From contig NC_091987.1 of NCBI RefSeq assembly GCF_044704955.1, positions 200,074,001 to 200,138,000 of the forward strand: a DNA stretch of 64,000 nt, in the 5' to 3' direction. The notes beneath the pieces were generated by a model. The model had not been told where the DNA came from and searched no databases. It saw only the letters and a list, made by a program, of their open reading frames with translations. The DNA comes from Pristiophorus japonicus. Its lineage: Eukaryota. Position 1 is the first letter of the stretch. The number at the start of each line of letters is the position of its first letter. Shown one piece after another: positions 24,320 to 38,194 of this stretch. The translations under genes and the position numbers were made by a program.

Positions 24320-27300
24320 ATAGAAACATAGAAACATAGAAAATAGGTGCAGGAGCAGGCCATTCAGCCCTTCTAGCCTGCACCGCCATTCAATGAGTTC
24401 ATGGCTGAACATGAAACTTCAATACCCCCTTCCTGCTTTCTCGCCATAACCCTTGATCCCCCGAGTAGTAAGGACTTCATCTAACTCCCTTTTGAATATA
24501 TTTAGTGAATTGGCCTCAACTACTTTCTGTGGTAGAGAATTCCACAGGTTCACCACTCTCTGGGTGAAGAAGTTTCTCCTCATCTCGGTCCTAAATGGCT
24601 TACCCCTTATCCTCAGACTGTGACCCCTGGTTCTGGACTTCCCCAACATTGGGAACATTCTTCCTGCATCTAACCTGTCTAAACCCGTCAGAATTTTAAA
24701 CGTTTCCATGAGGTCCCCTCTCATTCTGCTGAACTCCAGTGAATACAAGCCCAGTTGATCCATCTTTCTTGATAGGTCAGTCCCACCATCCCGGGAATCA
24801 GTCTGGTGAATCTTCGCTGCACTCCCTCAATAGCAAGAATGTCCTTCCTCAAGTTAGGAGACCAAAACTGTACACAATACTCCAGGTGTGGCCTCACCAA
24901 GGCCCTGTACAACTGTAGCAACACCTCCCTGCCCCTGTACTCAAATCCCCTCGCTCTGAAGGCCAACATGCCATTTGCTTTCTTAACCGCCTGCTGTACC
25001 TGCATGCCAACCTTCAATGACTGATGTACCATGACACCCAGGTCTCGTTGCACCTTCACTTTTCCGAATCTGTCACCATTCAGATAATAGTCTTTCTCTC
25101 TGTTTTTACAACCAAAGTGGATAACCTCACATTTATCCACAGTATACTTCATCTGCCATGCATTTGCCCACTCACCTAACCTATCCAAGTCACTCTGCAG
25201 CCTAATAGCATCCTCCTCGCAGCTCACACTGCCACCCAACTTAGAGTCATCCGCAAATTTGGAGATACTGCATTTAATCCCCTCGTCTAAATCATTAATG
25301 TACAATGTAAACAGCTGGGGCCCCAGCACAGAACCTTGCGGCACCCCACTAGTCACTGCCTGCCATTCTGAAAAGTACCCGTTTACTCCTACTCTTTGCT
25401 TCCTGTCTGACAACCAGTTCTCAATCCACGTCAGCACACTACCCCCAATCCCATGTGCTTTAACTTTGCACATTAATCTCTTGTGTGGGACCTTGTCGAA
25501 AGCCTTCTGAAAGTCCAAATATACCACATCAACTGGTTCTCCTTTGTCCACTTTACTGGAAACATCCTCAAAAAATTCCAGAAGATTTGTCAAGCATGAT
25601 TTCCCTTTCACAAATCCATGCTGACTTGGACCTATCATGTCACCATTTTCCAAATGCGCTGCTATGACATCCTTAATAATTGATTCCATCATTTTACCCA
25701 CTACTGAGGTCAGGCTGACCGGTCTATAATTCCCTGTTTTCTCTCTCCCTCCTTTTTTAAAAAGTGGGGTTACATTGGCTACCCTCCACTCCATAGGAAC
25801 TGATCCAGAGTCAATGGAATGTTGGAAAATGACTGTCAATGCATCCGCTATTTCCAAAGCCACCTCCTTAAGTACTCTGGGATGCAGTTCATCAGGCCCT
25901 GGGGATTTATCGGCCTTCAATCCCATCAATTTCCCCAACACAATTTCCCGACTAATAAAGATTTCCCTCAGTTCCCCCTCCTTACTAGACCCTCTGACCC
26001 CTTTTATATCCGGAAGGTTGTTTGTGTCCTCCTTAGTGAATACCGAACCAAAGTACTTGTTCAATTGGTCTGCCATTTCTTTGGTCCCCGTTATGACTTC
26101 CCCTGATTCTGACTGCAGGGGACCTACGTTTGTCTTTACTAACCTTTTTTTCTTTACATACCTATAGAAACTTTTGCAATCCGCCTTAATGTTCCCTGCA
26201 AGCTTCTTCTCGTACTCCATTTTCCTTGCTCTAATCAAACCCTTTGTCCTCCTCTGCTGAGTTCTAAATTTCTCCCAGTCCCCGGGTTCGCTGCTATTTC
26301 TGGCCAATTTGCATGCCACTTCCTTGGCTTTAATACTATTCCTGATTTCCCTTGATAGCCACGGTTGAGCCACCTTCCCTTTTTTACTTTTACGCCAGAC
26401 AGGAATGTACAATTGTTGTAATTCATCCATGCGGTCTCTAAATGTCTGCCATTGCCCATCCACAGTCAACCCCCTAAGTATCATTCGCCAATCTATCCTA
26501 GCCAATTCACGCCTCATACCTTCAAAGTTACCCTTCTTTAAGTTCTGGACCATGGTCTCTGAATTAACTATTTCATTCTCCATCCTAATGGAGAATTCAA
26601 CCATATTATGGTCACTCTTCCCCAAGGGGCCTCGCACAATGAGATTGCTAATTAATCCTCTCTCATTAGACAACACCCAGTCTAAGATGGCCTCCCCCCT
26701 AGTTGGTTCCTCGACATATTGGTCTAGAAAACCATCCCTTATGTACTCCAGGAAATCCTCCTCCACCGTATTGCTTCAGTTTGGCTAGCCCAATCTATGT
26801 GCATATTAAAGTCACCCATTATAACTGCTACACCTTTATTGCATGCACCCCTAATTTCCTGTTTGATGCCCTCCCCAACATCCCTACTACTGTTTGGAGG
26901 TCTGTACACAACTCCTACTAACGTTTTTTGCCCTTTGGTGTTCTGCAGCTCTACCCATATAGATTCCACATCATCCAAGCTAATGTCTTTCCTAACTATT
27001 GCATTAATCTCCTCTTTAACCAGCAATGCTACCCCACCTCCTTTTCCTTTTATTCTATCCTTCCTGAATGTTGAATACCCCTGGATGTTGAGTTCCCAGC
27101 CCTGATCATCCTGGAGCCACGTATCCGTAATCCCAATCACATCATATTTGTTAACATCTATTTGCACAGTTAATTCATCCACCTTATTGCGGATACTCCT
27201 TGCATTAAGACACAAATCCTTCAGGCTTGTTTTTTTAACACCCTTTGTCCTTTTAGAATTTTGCTGTACAGTGGCCCTTTTTGTTCTTTGCCTTGGGTTT

Positions 27301-27554
27301 CTCTGCCCTCCACTTTTCCTCATCTCCTTTCTGTCTTTTGCTTTTGCCTCCTTTTTGTTTCCCTCTGTCTCCCTGCATTGGTTCCCATCCCCCTGCCATA
27401 TTAGTTTAAATCCTCCCCAACAGCACTAGCAAACACTCCCCCTAGGACATTGGTTCCGGTCCTGCCCAGGTGCAGACCGTCCGGTTTGTACTGGTCCCAC
27501 CTCCCCCAGAACCGGTCCCAATGCCCCAGGAATTTGAATCCCTCCCTGCTGCAC
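24320..27554 (-). mobile_element. CR1 LINE copy 3 (best preserved: ORF2 with two frameshifts, plus ORF1 C-terminus)
   Basis: ORFs 26739-27323, 24721-26766 (681 aa) and 24419-24763; ORF1 esterase-like end FLGHWDRFWGRWDQYKPDGLHL..EDLN* at 27554-27401; (tagaaaca)n tail. Confidence 0.97.
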
Positions 27555-27624
27555 AATCATTGAATAATTCAGAAAAATAAAGTCCAAAAAGAATCCACAT
27601 TTTAAGGAAAACGAAAAACCTGGA

Positions 27625-28200
27625 TTTATACTGCACCTTATCATGTGAAAATGTTTCAAAGCACTTCATAAATTGAATTACTTTCACAGTGTGCAGTGAT
27701 TGTTATGTTGGCAAACTTGGCAGCCATTCTACTCCAACAATGTTCCATATACAGCAATGCTATAAATCACCAGTTAATCTGTTTCTCAGTGGTATTGGTT
27801 GAGAGAGGAACGTTGGCCAAGACACTGCAGGAAGTCCCCGCTCTTTCAATAGTGCTATGAGATTTTTAAAGTCCACCTGAGCAGGGAGACAGACTGCCGT
27901 TTAATGTCTCAGCTGAAGAACAGAAGAAATAAGCCTTTGGAATAGTTACAGAGCAAAGGGAGTGCTACATTGTCAGAGGTGCGATCCTTTGGATGAGATG
28001 TTAAACGGAGGCTGAATCTCCCTATGCAGCCGAATGTTAAGACCAGGGATTTCTTCTAGTGCCTATTCTTATCTCAACAAACACCATTAAAAGCAGATTA
28101 ACTAGTCATTTAGTTCATTGTGAAAATTTGCTGTGTGCGAAATGGGCGCCACGCTTGTTTTCATAATGACCACTGGGCTTCAAAGTAATACAATAAGGAG
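27625..28200. mobile_element. Degenerate DeuSINE/SacSINE1-like fragments (one per strand)
   Basis: Visible similarity to 46190-46655 (e.g. caaagcacttca; ggtgc..ctttggatgagatgttaaac). Confidence 0.5.
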
Positions 28201-28894
28201 TAGATTTTCTAACTGGCGCTGCTCCTGTATCAACATTTAATTTACTGGTTGGTTAATAATACAATAAAATAGTACAGAGGAGCATTTAGTCCAAGTTTGC
28301 TAAGTATTTGTATAGGAACAGCATCAATTGTAAAATCGACTCCCAAAAGTCAGACATATTGTGGCATTTCTCAGACATGATGAGGTGCTACATAAATACA
28401 ATGGGAGAGATTTTCCACTCCATTTTCAGTATAATTGCAGAAGTGGGGTAAGTAACAGTGTGGGAAAAAGAATGGGGAATAAGCCTCTTACACCAATTGA
28501 CAACCATAACACAAGAGTCACATTTCAACAATAAACTCAAATAGAGAAGCACACAAAGCGTAAAACAAACATTGTATTTTTTTTCTCATAATACTCCTGT
28601 GAAGCACCTTGGGATATTTCACTACATTAAAGGCACTATTATAAATACAAGTTTTTGTTGTTGTCTGTATTACCTATTTTAATCAACCAAAGATGGCTAT
28701 AAACATATTCAAGGGTGTAAAATACTCTTGAGGTTCAGGCGACTTCATAAGCTGATCAACTTTCACTATCGGTGTTTCTAATATCCACCAAATATGTTTG
28801 TACCTTTACTGTGCTCTCACAAGTCTATCACTCACTATTATTCTCTGGACCTAAGGCATTACCAACTTCATTCAATAGGATGAGCATTAGACAA

Positions 28895-31800
28895 TGTCAT
28901 GTATTCAACTGTCATTGTAACCCATGTATAAGCTGACCTAAGTTGTACACCTTGGAACATTGACCACAAGGGGCGAACTTATGGGAGACACTCCGAACTT
29001 GGACTTTCCGGTATAAAAGGGGAAGCTCCACCCACTTTCATCACTTGAGGTCTTGGTAATAAAGGTAACTGGTCACAGAGTGACCTTCTCTCAAGTATGG
29101 GCCTCGTGTGCATTTATACTGTATAGTAAGGACATATCACTGGCGAAGAGAAACTGGGATTTAAACCACGTGAGCATGCCCACTAGCAGCACAAATGAGA
29201 GGTACTGTGTTGGTGATGATTGGGATGACTTTATTGAGAGACTACAGCAAAGTTTTGTCACTAAAGAATGGTTGGGACAAGATTCGGCCAACAAACGCAG
29301 GGCTCATCTCCTGACAGTTTGTGGATCCAGAACATACTCCCTGATGAAGAACCTTTTAGCGCCAGAGAAGCCGGTGGACAAGACGTTCGAAGAGCTCAGT
29401 AAATTGATCGGGGAACACCTTATAACGGTGAGCAGCATGCACATGGCGAGACACCGGTTTTACACGCACTGGCGGTGAGAAGGGCAAAGTGTTCCAGACT
29501 TCGTGGCAGATCTCCGGCGACTGGCGAGCCTATGTAAGTTTCCAGATGCATGCAGAGCGGAGATGCTGCAAGACTTTTTTATTGAGGGCATCGGGCATGT
29601 TGGGGTTTTCAGGAAACCGATTGAGGCCAAGGACTTGACCTTAGAAGTGGCAGCTATGATAGCCCAGACAATTATCTCAGGGGAGGAAGAGACCAGAATG
29701 ATTTATGGCAAAAATCTTGGCTCAAATGCGGCAAACGACCAGGGAGTCAACATTGTTAATGTGGCATACAGTTCTCTAGGCAGACAAGGGCAATCAGACA
29801 TGCCCCAGCATGCAGTCAAACCCAAAGGGGGAATTCAACAGAGACAATGGCTGGCTGAACAGCGATTCATGCCATCGCAATGGGCAATGCGGCCAGTAAT
29901 GTGGCCATCAACATCTGTTAATGGTGCACTTAAGGACAGTTACAGAGACAGTCAGAGACGATCGACTGGTAATGGACCTTTTGTTTCCAACAATGGGGCT
30001 TCTAGCTCATGCTGGAGGTGTGGAGGCAAACACCCAGCCAGAGCTTGCAGGTATCAGCAATCTACCTGCAGAAACTGCAACATCAGCGGTCACTTGGCGT
30101 GTATGTGCAGGAAGCCTGCAGCCAGGTTGATGTACGAGGAGGACGGGCCCGATGTAAGCCCTACGAGGCCAAATGAATACTGGGGGAAATCCCTGGAAGC
30201 TGAAGTTCAACGAGTTCATGTGGAGCACATACACAGTTCATATACCAGGATGCAACCAATAATGATGAAAGTGCTCCTCAATGGCATCCCAGTATTAATG
30301 GAGCTAGACACGGGGGCCAGCCAGTCCCTGATGAGTATCAAACAGTTCAAAAGGTTGTGGGTGTCAAGGCCAGGAGGCCAAAATTATTGCCGATTGACGC
30401 ACTGCTACAGACATATACAAAGGAGATCATTCAGTGCTAGGCAGCGCCACGGTAGTCATGACCCACAAAGATTTGGAGAGCAGGTTGCCACTCTGGATTG
30501 TCCTGGGGGACAGTCCCGCACTACTGGGGAGGGGTTGGCTTGCTGTCATGAACTAGAAATGGGGCGATGTCAATGCAATTTCTTCTGTGGAGCAAGTATC
30601 ATGCTCACAGCTCCTGGTCAAATTTGACTCATTATTTCAACCCTGCCTTGGGACTTTCATGGGGACCAAGGCAGTGATTCACATAAACCCGGACGCCAGG
30701 CCAGTACACCATAAGGCCAGAGCAGTGCCGTACGTGATGCGGGAAAAGATAGAATGCGAATTGGACCGCCTGAAGGAAGACATCATCTCGCCAATCGAAT
30801 TCAGTGACTGGGCGAGCCCGATCATGCCGGTGCTCAAGGCGGATAGGTCGGTCAGGCTATGTGGCGATTACAAGGCCACCATCAATCGGGTGTCACTCCA
30901 AGACCAGTACCCGCTACCGAGAGCGGAGGACCTCTTTGCAACGCTATCCGGTGGCAAACTTTTTTCAAAATTGGACCAGACCTCAGCTTACATGACCCAG
31001 GAGCTGGCGAGTGAGTCAAAGAAGCTGAGCACCATCACGACACACAAAGGGTTGTTTGAGTATAACAGATGTCCGTTTGGGATTCGTTCAGCCGCCGCGA
31101 TCTTTCAGCGAAATATGGAAAGCCTCCTCAAGTCGATTCCAAGGACCGTGGTTTTTCAAGACGACATCCTCATCATGGGTCACGATACTGAAGAACACCT
31201 CCACAACCTGGAGGAGGTGCTTCGCAGACTGGACTGGGTAGGGCTGCGACTGAAAAAGGTGAAGTGCGTCTTCTTAGCTCCAGAGGTAGAATTCCTAGGG
31301 AGGAGGGTAGCAGCAGACGGGATCAGACCTACTGCATCCAAAACGGAAGCGATCCAGAGAGCACCCAGACCCCGTAACATGAAGGAGCTGCGTTCGTTCC
31401 TGAACTATTTTGGCAACTTTCTTCCCAAATTGAGCACGCTGTTAGAGCCGCTACACGTGCTCCTACACAAAGGTCACGATTGGGTGTGGAGAGACAGCCA
31501 GAAAAGGGCCTTTGATAGAGCACGCAAATTGTTATGCTCCAACAAACTGTTAACGTTATATGATCCGTGTAAGAAACTAGTTTTAACGTGCAATGCGTTG
31601 TCCTATGGGGTCGGGTGTGTGTTGCAGCATATGAATGCCAATGATCAGTTACAGCCAGTAGTTTATGCCTCCAGAAGTCTGTCCCAGGTAGAAAGGGGCT
31701 ACGGGATGGTAGAAAAGGAAGCGCTAGCATGTGTATATACAGTAAAAAAAATGCACCAGTACCTGTTTGGCAGGAAATTTGAGCTGGAGACAGATCACAA

Positions 31801-33619
31801 ACCCCTAACGTCCCTTTTGGCCGACAACAAGGCCATAAATGCAAATGCATCGGCCCGCATACAGAGGTGGGCACTTACGTTAGCCGCCTATGACTACACA
31901 ATTCGGCACAGACCGGGCACTGAAAACTGTGCCGATGCACTCAGCAGGCTACCACTAGCCACCACTGAGGGGGCAACTGAGCACGAGGCTGAGATGGTCA
32001 TGGCTGTTGAAGCTTTCAAAAGCGAAGGCTCACCTGTGACAGCCCGTCAGATTAAAGTCTGGACAAATAAAGACCCGCTACTGTCTTTAGTTAAGAAATG
32101 TGTCCTGAATGGGGACTGGGTAGCCACGTACGGGGCATGCCCCAAGGAGTTTAAACCATTTCATAGGCGCAACAATGAACTCTCGATTCAGGCCGATTGC
32201 CTATTGTGGGAAAGCCGAGTAGTCATGCCCCAGAAGGACAGAGAGATGTTCATCAGAGAACTTCAAAATGAACACCCGGGCATTGTCATGATGAAGGCAA
32301 TTGCCAGGTCACACGTTTGGTGGTCAGGGATAGATGCAGACCTGGAACTTTGTGTTCGCAGGTGCAACATGTGTGCTCAGCTGGGCAACGCACACAGGAA
32401 AGCCCCCCTTAGACCCTGGTCCTGGCCCGCCAAGCCATGGTCATGCATCCATGTGGACTACACAGGTCCTTTCATGGGAAAAATATTTTTGTTCTAGTAG
32501 AAGCCTACTCCAAATGGATTGAGTGTGCTATTTTAAATTCAAGCTCATCCTCTGCCACGGTAGAAAGTCTACGGGCAATGTTCGCCGCCCATGGTCTACC
32601 GGATATCTTGGTCAGCGACAATGGCCCGTGCTTCACAAGCACTGAATTCCCGGACTTCATGGCAGGCAATGGAATCAACCATGTCAGAACGGCAGCGTTC
32701 AAGCCGGCCTCAAACAGCCAGGCGGAACAAGCAGTGCAGATAATCAAACAGGGGATGCTCAGAATCCAAGGGGGTTCCCTACAAAGCCGCTTATCACGCC
32801 TCCTGTTGGCCAATAGATCCCGACCACACTAGCTCACAGGGGTTCCACCCGCAGAGCTGCTAATGAAAAGGACGCTCAAAACCAGGTTATCCCTAATACA
32901 CCCTACTATGAAAGAAATTGTTGAGAGCAGGCATCAGTCACAATGTGACTACCATGACAGGAATACGAGGGCGCGATGTATTGATGTCAATGACCCTGTT
33001 TTTGTCCTTAATTATGCTGCAGGGCCCAAATGGCTTGCAGGCACTGTGATTGACAAAGAGGGGAAAAGTATTTTGGTAGTTAAACTTACCAATGGACAAA
33101 TCTGCCGCAAATCGTGAATCAAACTAAAAGGTGGTTCAGCAACCCCATAGAAGAAGCAGAGGAAGAACACGACGTAGAGTTTACTCCACCACAGGTGACT
33201 GAACACCGGAACCAAGTGGAGGAGAGCCCAGTCACTGTGGACAGGCCTGAGGCACCGCAAACAGCAGACACTCAGGCCAGCGCCCAACAACCGGAGCCCC
33301 AACTTAGGCGCTCTACAAGGGAGCGTAAACCACCAGAGAGACTTAACCTGTGATCCCAATAAGACTTTGGGGGGGAAGTGATGTCATGTATTCAACTATC
33401 ATTGTAACCCATGTATAAACTGACCTAAGTTGTACACCATGAGAACATTGAGCGAACTTGTGGGAGACACTCCTAACCTGGACTTTCCAGTATAAAAGTG
33501 GAAGCTCCACCCACCTTCGCTCTCTTGAGGTCTTGGTAATAAAGGTAACTGGTCACAGAGTGACCTCCTCTGAGGTGTGGGCCTCGTGTGCATTTATACT
33601 GTATAGTAAGGACATATCA
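28895..33619 (+). mobile_element. Gypsy LTR retrotransposon #2, structurally complete but decayed
   Basis: LTRs 28895-29139 and 33382-33619 (TG..CA); TSD gacaa/gataa; PBS tggcgaagag; PPT gggggggaag; gag with CWRCGGKH and CRNCNISGH; protease LDTGA; RT FQDD; RNase H; integrase; stops and frameshifts. Confidence 0.97.
29177..33353 (+). pseudogene. gag-pol of Gypsy #2
   Basis: ORFs 29053-29478, 29503-30627, 30587-32497, 32437-32832, 32863-33117 and 33114-33353, in domain order gag-PR-RT-RH-IN. Confidence 0.93.
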
Positions 33620-34218
33620 GATAACATGCAGGGAATGGATTTCCAGTGATGGTATGATACACCACTGGATCATTTGACAGTGCAGGTGAAGTAAAGTATA
33701 ACAGTCATAACTTACGTGGGAAACTGCTCACGTCTTTTCATATTCCTGAACACATGGTTCGCTCCTGATTTGGTTATAGCTTGAAATAAGTTTCTGTTAA
33801 ACAAATGATCAATTTACCACCGAATGGCATTAATTTGTAACACAGATAATAGGACCGTGCTTGGGAAGAGCCAGTTTTCTCTCAACGAGGTAAATTGTGT
33901 ATCTGGTTGCTGAACAAAGCTTGCTGAGAAAAATGCATCTTGTGCTTGTCTCACATGTTTAACAATCATGGTCCTGAAATACCACTGGTCTCGCACTGTA
34001 ACTTCAGCAAGAAACTGATGGAACTCCCCAAGGAAACAGGAGAGACCTGTTATGTCACGTCTCCACCCTTTCTGACAGTTCATACATTGCCATTTAAGGG
34101 GCAGGACTTCCACCCACCCTCTACAAGGGAGTAAACCCTTTTGTGAGCTTCAGTTAGGACCCGGCGTTTCGTTGGTGGTCGATATGCTGAGACGGTTGAG
34201 GTACACCGACCTCCACGA

Positions 34219-34365
34219 GAATCATAGAATCATAGAAAGTTACAGCACAGAAGAAGGCTATTCGGCCCATCACATCCATTCCGGCTGAAACGAGATACCC
34301 AGCTTAATCCCACGTTCCAGCTCTTGGTCTGTAGCCCTGTAGGTTACGGCACTTCAAGTGCACAA
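34219..34365 (-). mobile_element. CR1 3' end fragment
   Basis: (gaatcata)n tail and ggctattcggcccatc 3'UTR motif. Confidence 0.7.
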
Positions 34366-35412
34366 GAGCGCATGTGGTCCTCACTGGTAGGGTCCATGTC
34401 CAGCAAGGGGCTTAGATTTCAAAGAGAACACTTCATGGATTGACCAGCTCATTTAGGAACTGATCGGATTCAGGTGGAGGGAGGTGGAGTTCAGGACAAT
34501 CCCTGCACCCTCCCACAGGTATGCAGTCACCCTAGATTCTGGGCACACTATGATCACTACCCATGGAACTTCAGAGTCTTTGTAACCAAGTCTAAACTGC
34601 ACCCAGGTTAATTGAAATCTCATTATTGTACACAGCAAAATATATTTATTTATCTTTTAAATTGCTGAAAATCATTTGCTGGTGCGTTCCTCCACAAATT
34701 CTCTTTGTATTACAATCATATTTCAAAGATGGTGTTTTGAGCTGTACAAGTGCGAAGCATCCCTTCCGCCAATCACTCAAATGACCTCCCAGGAGAAAGC
34801 AGAGCCAATAACAGCGATCTGTATGGGTGCAAGTACACAGAAACCCATGTTTTCTCAACCTAGTGAAGAACCCCAGGAATCAGTACAAATCTTCAACTAC
34901 ATTGCACCCAGAACATGCATAACCAAAGCAGGAGCCTTGATGTTTCAGTGTACTTCTCTCACAAACACCATGCAATCAAAATGCACAATAAATTCATAAA
35001 ATACATTTGGGAATGTAAAGTCGTGAAATAAAATCCGGGTACTCACTGCCAACACATCAAGATTTGCAAGGGGACTACTGAAGATGAAAATTTACCCTGT
35101 GGTGATTTTTGATTAAAAAAATTAAAATAAAGCTGTCTGTTTCCCGCCAGTCGAGACTAGTGATCTCAACCCAGAACTGCTTCCCACCGTTCGAGACTAA
35201 TGGACACAGCCCAAAACTACTGCCCAGAACTGCTTTCCACCAGTCAAAACCAATGGACCATCAGTGCAATATTCAGTTCCAAACAGAAATTAAGCAAACC
35301 ACAGGAAGGAATGATAGTGATTCATCAACCTAGAAATCTGGAAAGTTTTGGCAAGATAAGGTGACATATTTTATTTATTGGTCAAAGGAAAGTAAGGCAT
35401 ACATTTTCTTAC

Positions 35413-35628
35413 AATTTGGTTGTAGCAAAGAGTTTGCACATTTATTCTAGTTTGAATCCAGCTGAAATCTGCAGACAACCTAGTGTCTTCTAAAACATCC
35501 AGCCACAATTTATCTAAGTCAGGTGGAATCAGCATTGGATCAAAATGCACTTGTATTGGAGCTGTGGCCTTTTGCTGGTAAGAAATGTCCATTTCAATAA
35601 AGTTCGCTGGCTTTACACCTTTGTGAAG
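35413..35628 (-). CDS. Candidate internal coding exon (216 nt, phase 0/0) of an unidentified host gene
   Basis: Branch/acceptor ctgacattttcttttAG; stop-free LHKGVKPANFIEMDISYQQKATAPIQVHFDPMLIPPDLDKLWLDVLEDTRLSADFSWIQTRINVQTLCYNQI; donor GTAAGA; non-repetitive context. Confidence 0.6.
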
Positions 35629-36699
35629 CTAAAAGAAAATGTCAGTTTACATCTTGTGTGAAGTAAACAAGGCTTCAAACCCTTCAACATTGCACCCGTC
35701 TCCAAGGCTGTGTCACATGGTAACTGATCAGGATGGAGCTTGATGATAGCAGCAATGCATCTAAGGGTGAAGAATTCGTTCCAATGTTACTGAAACCCCT
35801 GCAGTCCTGAAGCAGTAAAAGTATCCAATTAATCACTGGATGGAACATCACATATGGCCTCTATTACAAGTGCTTTTCCTCCCTTAATTACCTAATCAGG
35901 CTTAAAGTTTGTTAAAGTTATTTTAAGCATTCTGATGAGAAGCAAGGTTTAGTCCAACTGGTAATAGTTTAACATATACACAGAAGACATAGAAAAATAA
36001 ACATCAAAAGGATCAGTCTTAAGTTGGAGGAGGTCTTGCTAATGATATTGTGAAACCTCACAGCAATTCACAACTTGACATATGGCTGGAAATGGAAACC
36101 TTGTTAGTTTTACTTCTTACCCAAGGGTTAAGTGCCCAGTCTCTGTGTGGTATCATGCCCGGGTCTTCAGCCAAAATTGTCCACTTGCCACTTTGGGAAG
36201 GGCCGAGACGCTCAATTATTTTTCAAGGCTGGAATTCACATCCAGACCTGACATTTCATAGCTGAGCATGCTACCTCCTTGTAAAAAAAAAAGAACAGTT
36301 ACTCGAAAAATACCATTCTTTCCATGGAATAAAATGCTGGACATTGGACTAACGGCAAATTAAAGATGGTGTTGATTTGTTTTATTATTTGCTGGATGAA
36401 GTAGCTGATCAGCTGGTGGGTGCTGGGGCACGATTGTAATCATTTGCTGCTAATTTGACCAATCCCGATCAGGCCATTCCTCAGGTTGGCCATGCAGGGG
36501 AGTGGTGGAAATTGGCACATCCTGAAGCCAATTATGGGCCCAAGCTGTTCTAGCAGCTTGGCTCCATCCTTAGGGCTATATTACCTCAAGGTCAGAAAAA
36601 CCAGCAAGCTGACTTTCTTTCCCTTATATAAAGCTTCCTCGTTTATAATTTGTTGGTGGTTTGCCCACTATAATGCCTGAAGTGTAACAGATGCACTTC

Positions 36700-37222
36700 C
36701 AACAGTCTCCTGGCCATTCTTCCACCTTGCACCCTCGTAAACATGAGCTCATTCAAAGCTGTGCTGCCCATGTTCTAACTCGCACCGGGTCTCATTCACT
36801 GTGCTCGCTGACCTCCATTGGCTCCTGGTCTGGCAACGCCTTGATTTAAAAACTCTCATCCTTGTTTACAAATCCCTCCATGGCCTCGCACCTCCCTATC
36901 ACTGTAACCTCCTCCGAGATCTCGGCGCTCCTCCAATTCTGGCCTCTTGCGCATCCCTGATTTTCATCGCTCCACCATTGGGGTCATGCCTTCAGCTGCC
37001 TAGGCCCTGAGCTCTGGAATTCCCTTCCTAAATCTCTCCACTTCTCCACCTCCCTCTCCTCCTTTAAAACCTTCCTTAAAACCTCCCTCTTTGACCAAGC
37101 TTTTGGTCACCTGTCCTAACATCTCTGTATGTGGCTCTGCGTCAAATTTATTTGATAACACTCCCATGAAGCATCTGAGAATAAGTTACTACGTTAAAGG
37201 TGTTATATAAATGCAAGTTGTT
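36700..37222 (+). mobile_element. L2-like LINE 3' fragment
   Basis: LADLHWL..RLDLKTLILVYKSLHGLAPPY motif and ..ctacgttaaaggtgttatataaatgcaagttg tail. Confidence 0.85.
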
Positions 37223-38194
37223 ACATTTAATATGATCATGGCTGATCCGATCATGGACTCAAGTTCACTTCCCTGCCCGCTCCCCATAGCCCCTTATTCC
37301 CTTATTGGTTAAGAAACTGTCTATCTCTGTCTTAAATTTATTCAATGACACAGCTTCCACAGCTCTCTGAGAGAAGAAATTCCTCCTTACCTCAATTGTT
37401 ATAGAAGTTTCAAGACTTTAATGTATATCAGCAGATTTATCTCAGAAAGTAGATAAGCCAAACTGTCAGGTCAATGCAATATCTGTATATTTGGACAGAC
37501 CATCCTTATATTACCCATGATAAGTTATTTTTAAAAAATGTTGGTTTAGAGAAGAAAGGAAAATGGAGAACCTTATGAGTTCATAAAAATTCTGGAGGTA
37601 GCCTGGGTGCATTTGCTCTGCTCTTTGCAAACACCTTGTCAGTTCTCACATGCTTTAGAATGTTAGGTGTGAGAGTGTCTCAACACACATGCTAATAAAA
37701 GCAATGAATTCTCTCAGCAAGTGTCATAAAATTACACCCAGTGGTTGTGCAACCATTTCACAAATGTGCAATAGCGATTTTATTGAACCAGTGTGAAAAA
37801 TCAGCTCCAGGGACCAGGGAAATCTCAGCAACACCCACTTAGGAGTGTTTCACGCTGAAAAGAATGCACAAAGCTTAATTATGGACAATTTTCTAAAAGA
37901 ATACATTCAGAGAATGAAACAAAAGGTCACACTATTGTTGCACGGAATGCTTGTTACGACAAACTGGTATTCGAAACATTTCATTATAATAAGCTATTGC
38001 TCTGCTCGCAGTGTAAACTCTATTTGCCCCTGTCATATCTAAGCTGCTTGTATGACTGAGGTGGATTGATAATGATATTGCCTTGGTTATATTGGCTGTA
38101 AACATTTGGCTGTACTTGTTACTCTGAAGCTCAAAGCACCATTACAGCTAGAGTCATCATCATCATAAGCAGTCCCTCGAAATCGAGGAAGATT

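Noticed and set aside
33716-33793. Minus-strand exon-like segment with good splice sites
   Set aside because: The frame continuing from the phase-0 exon at 35413 hits a stop before the donor; only one other frame is open.
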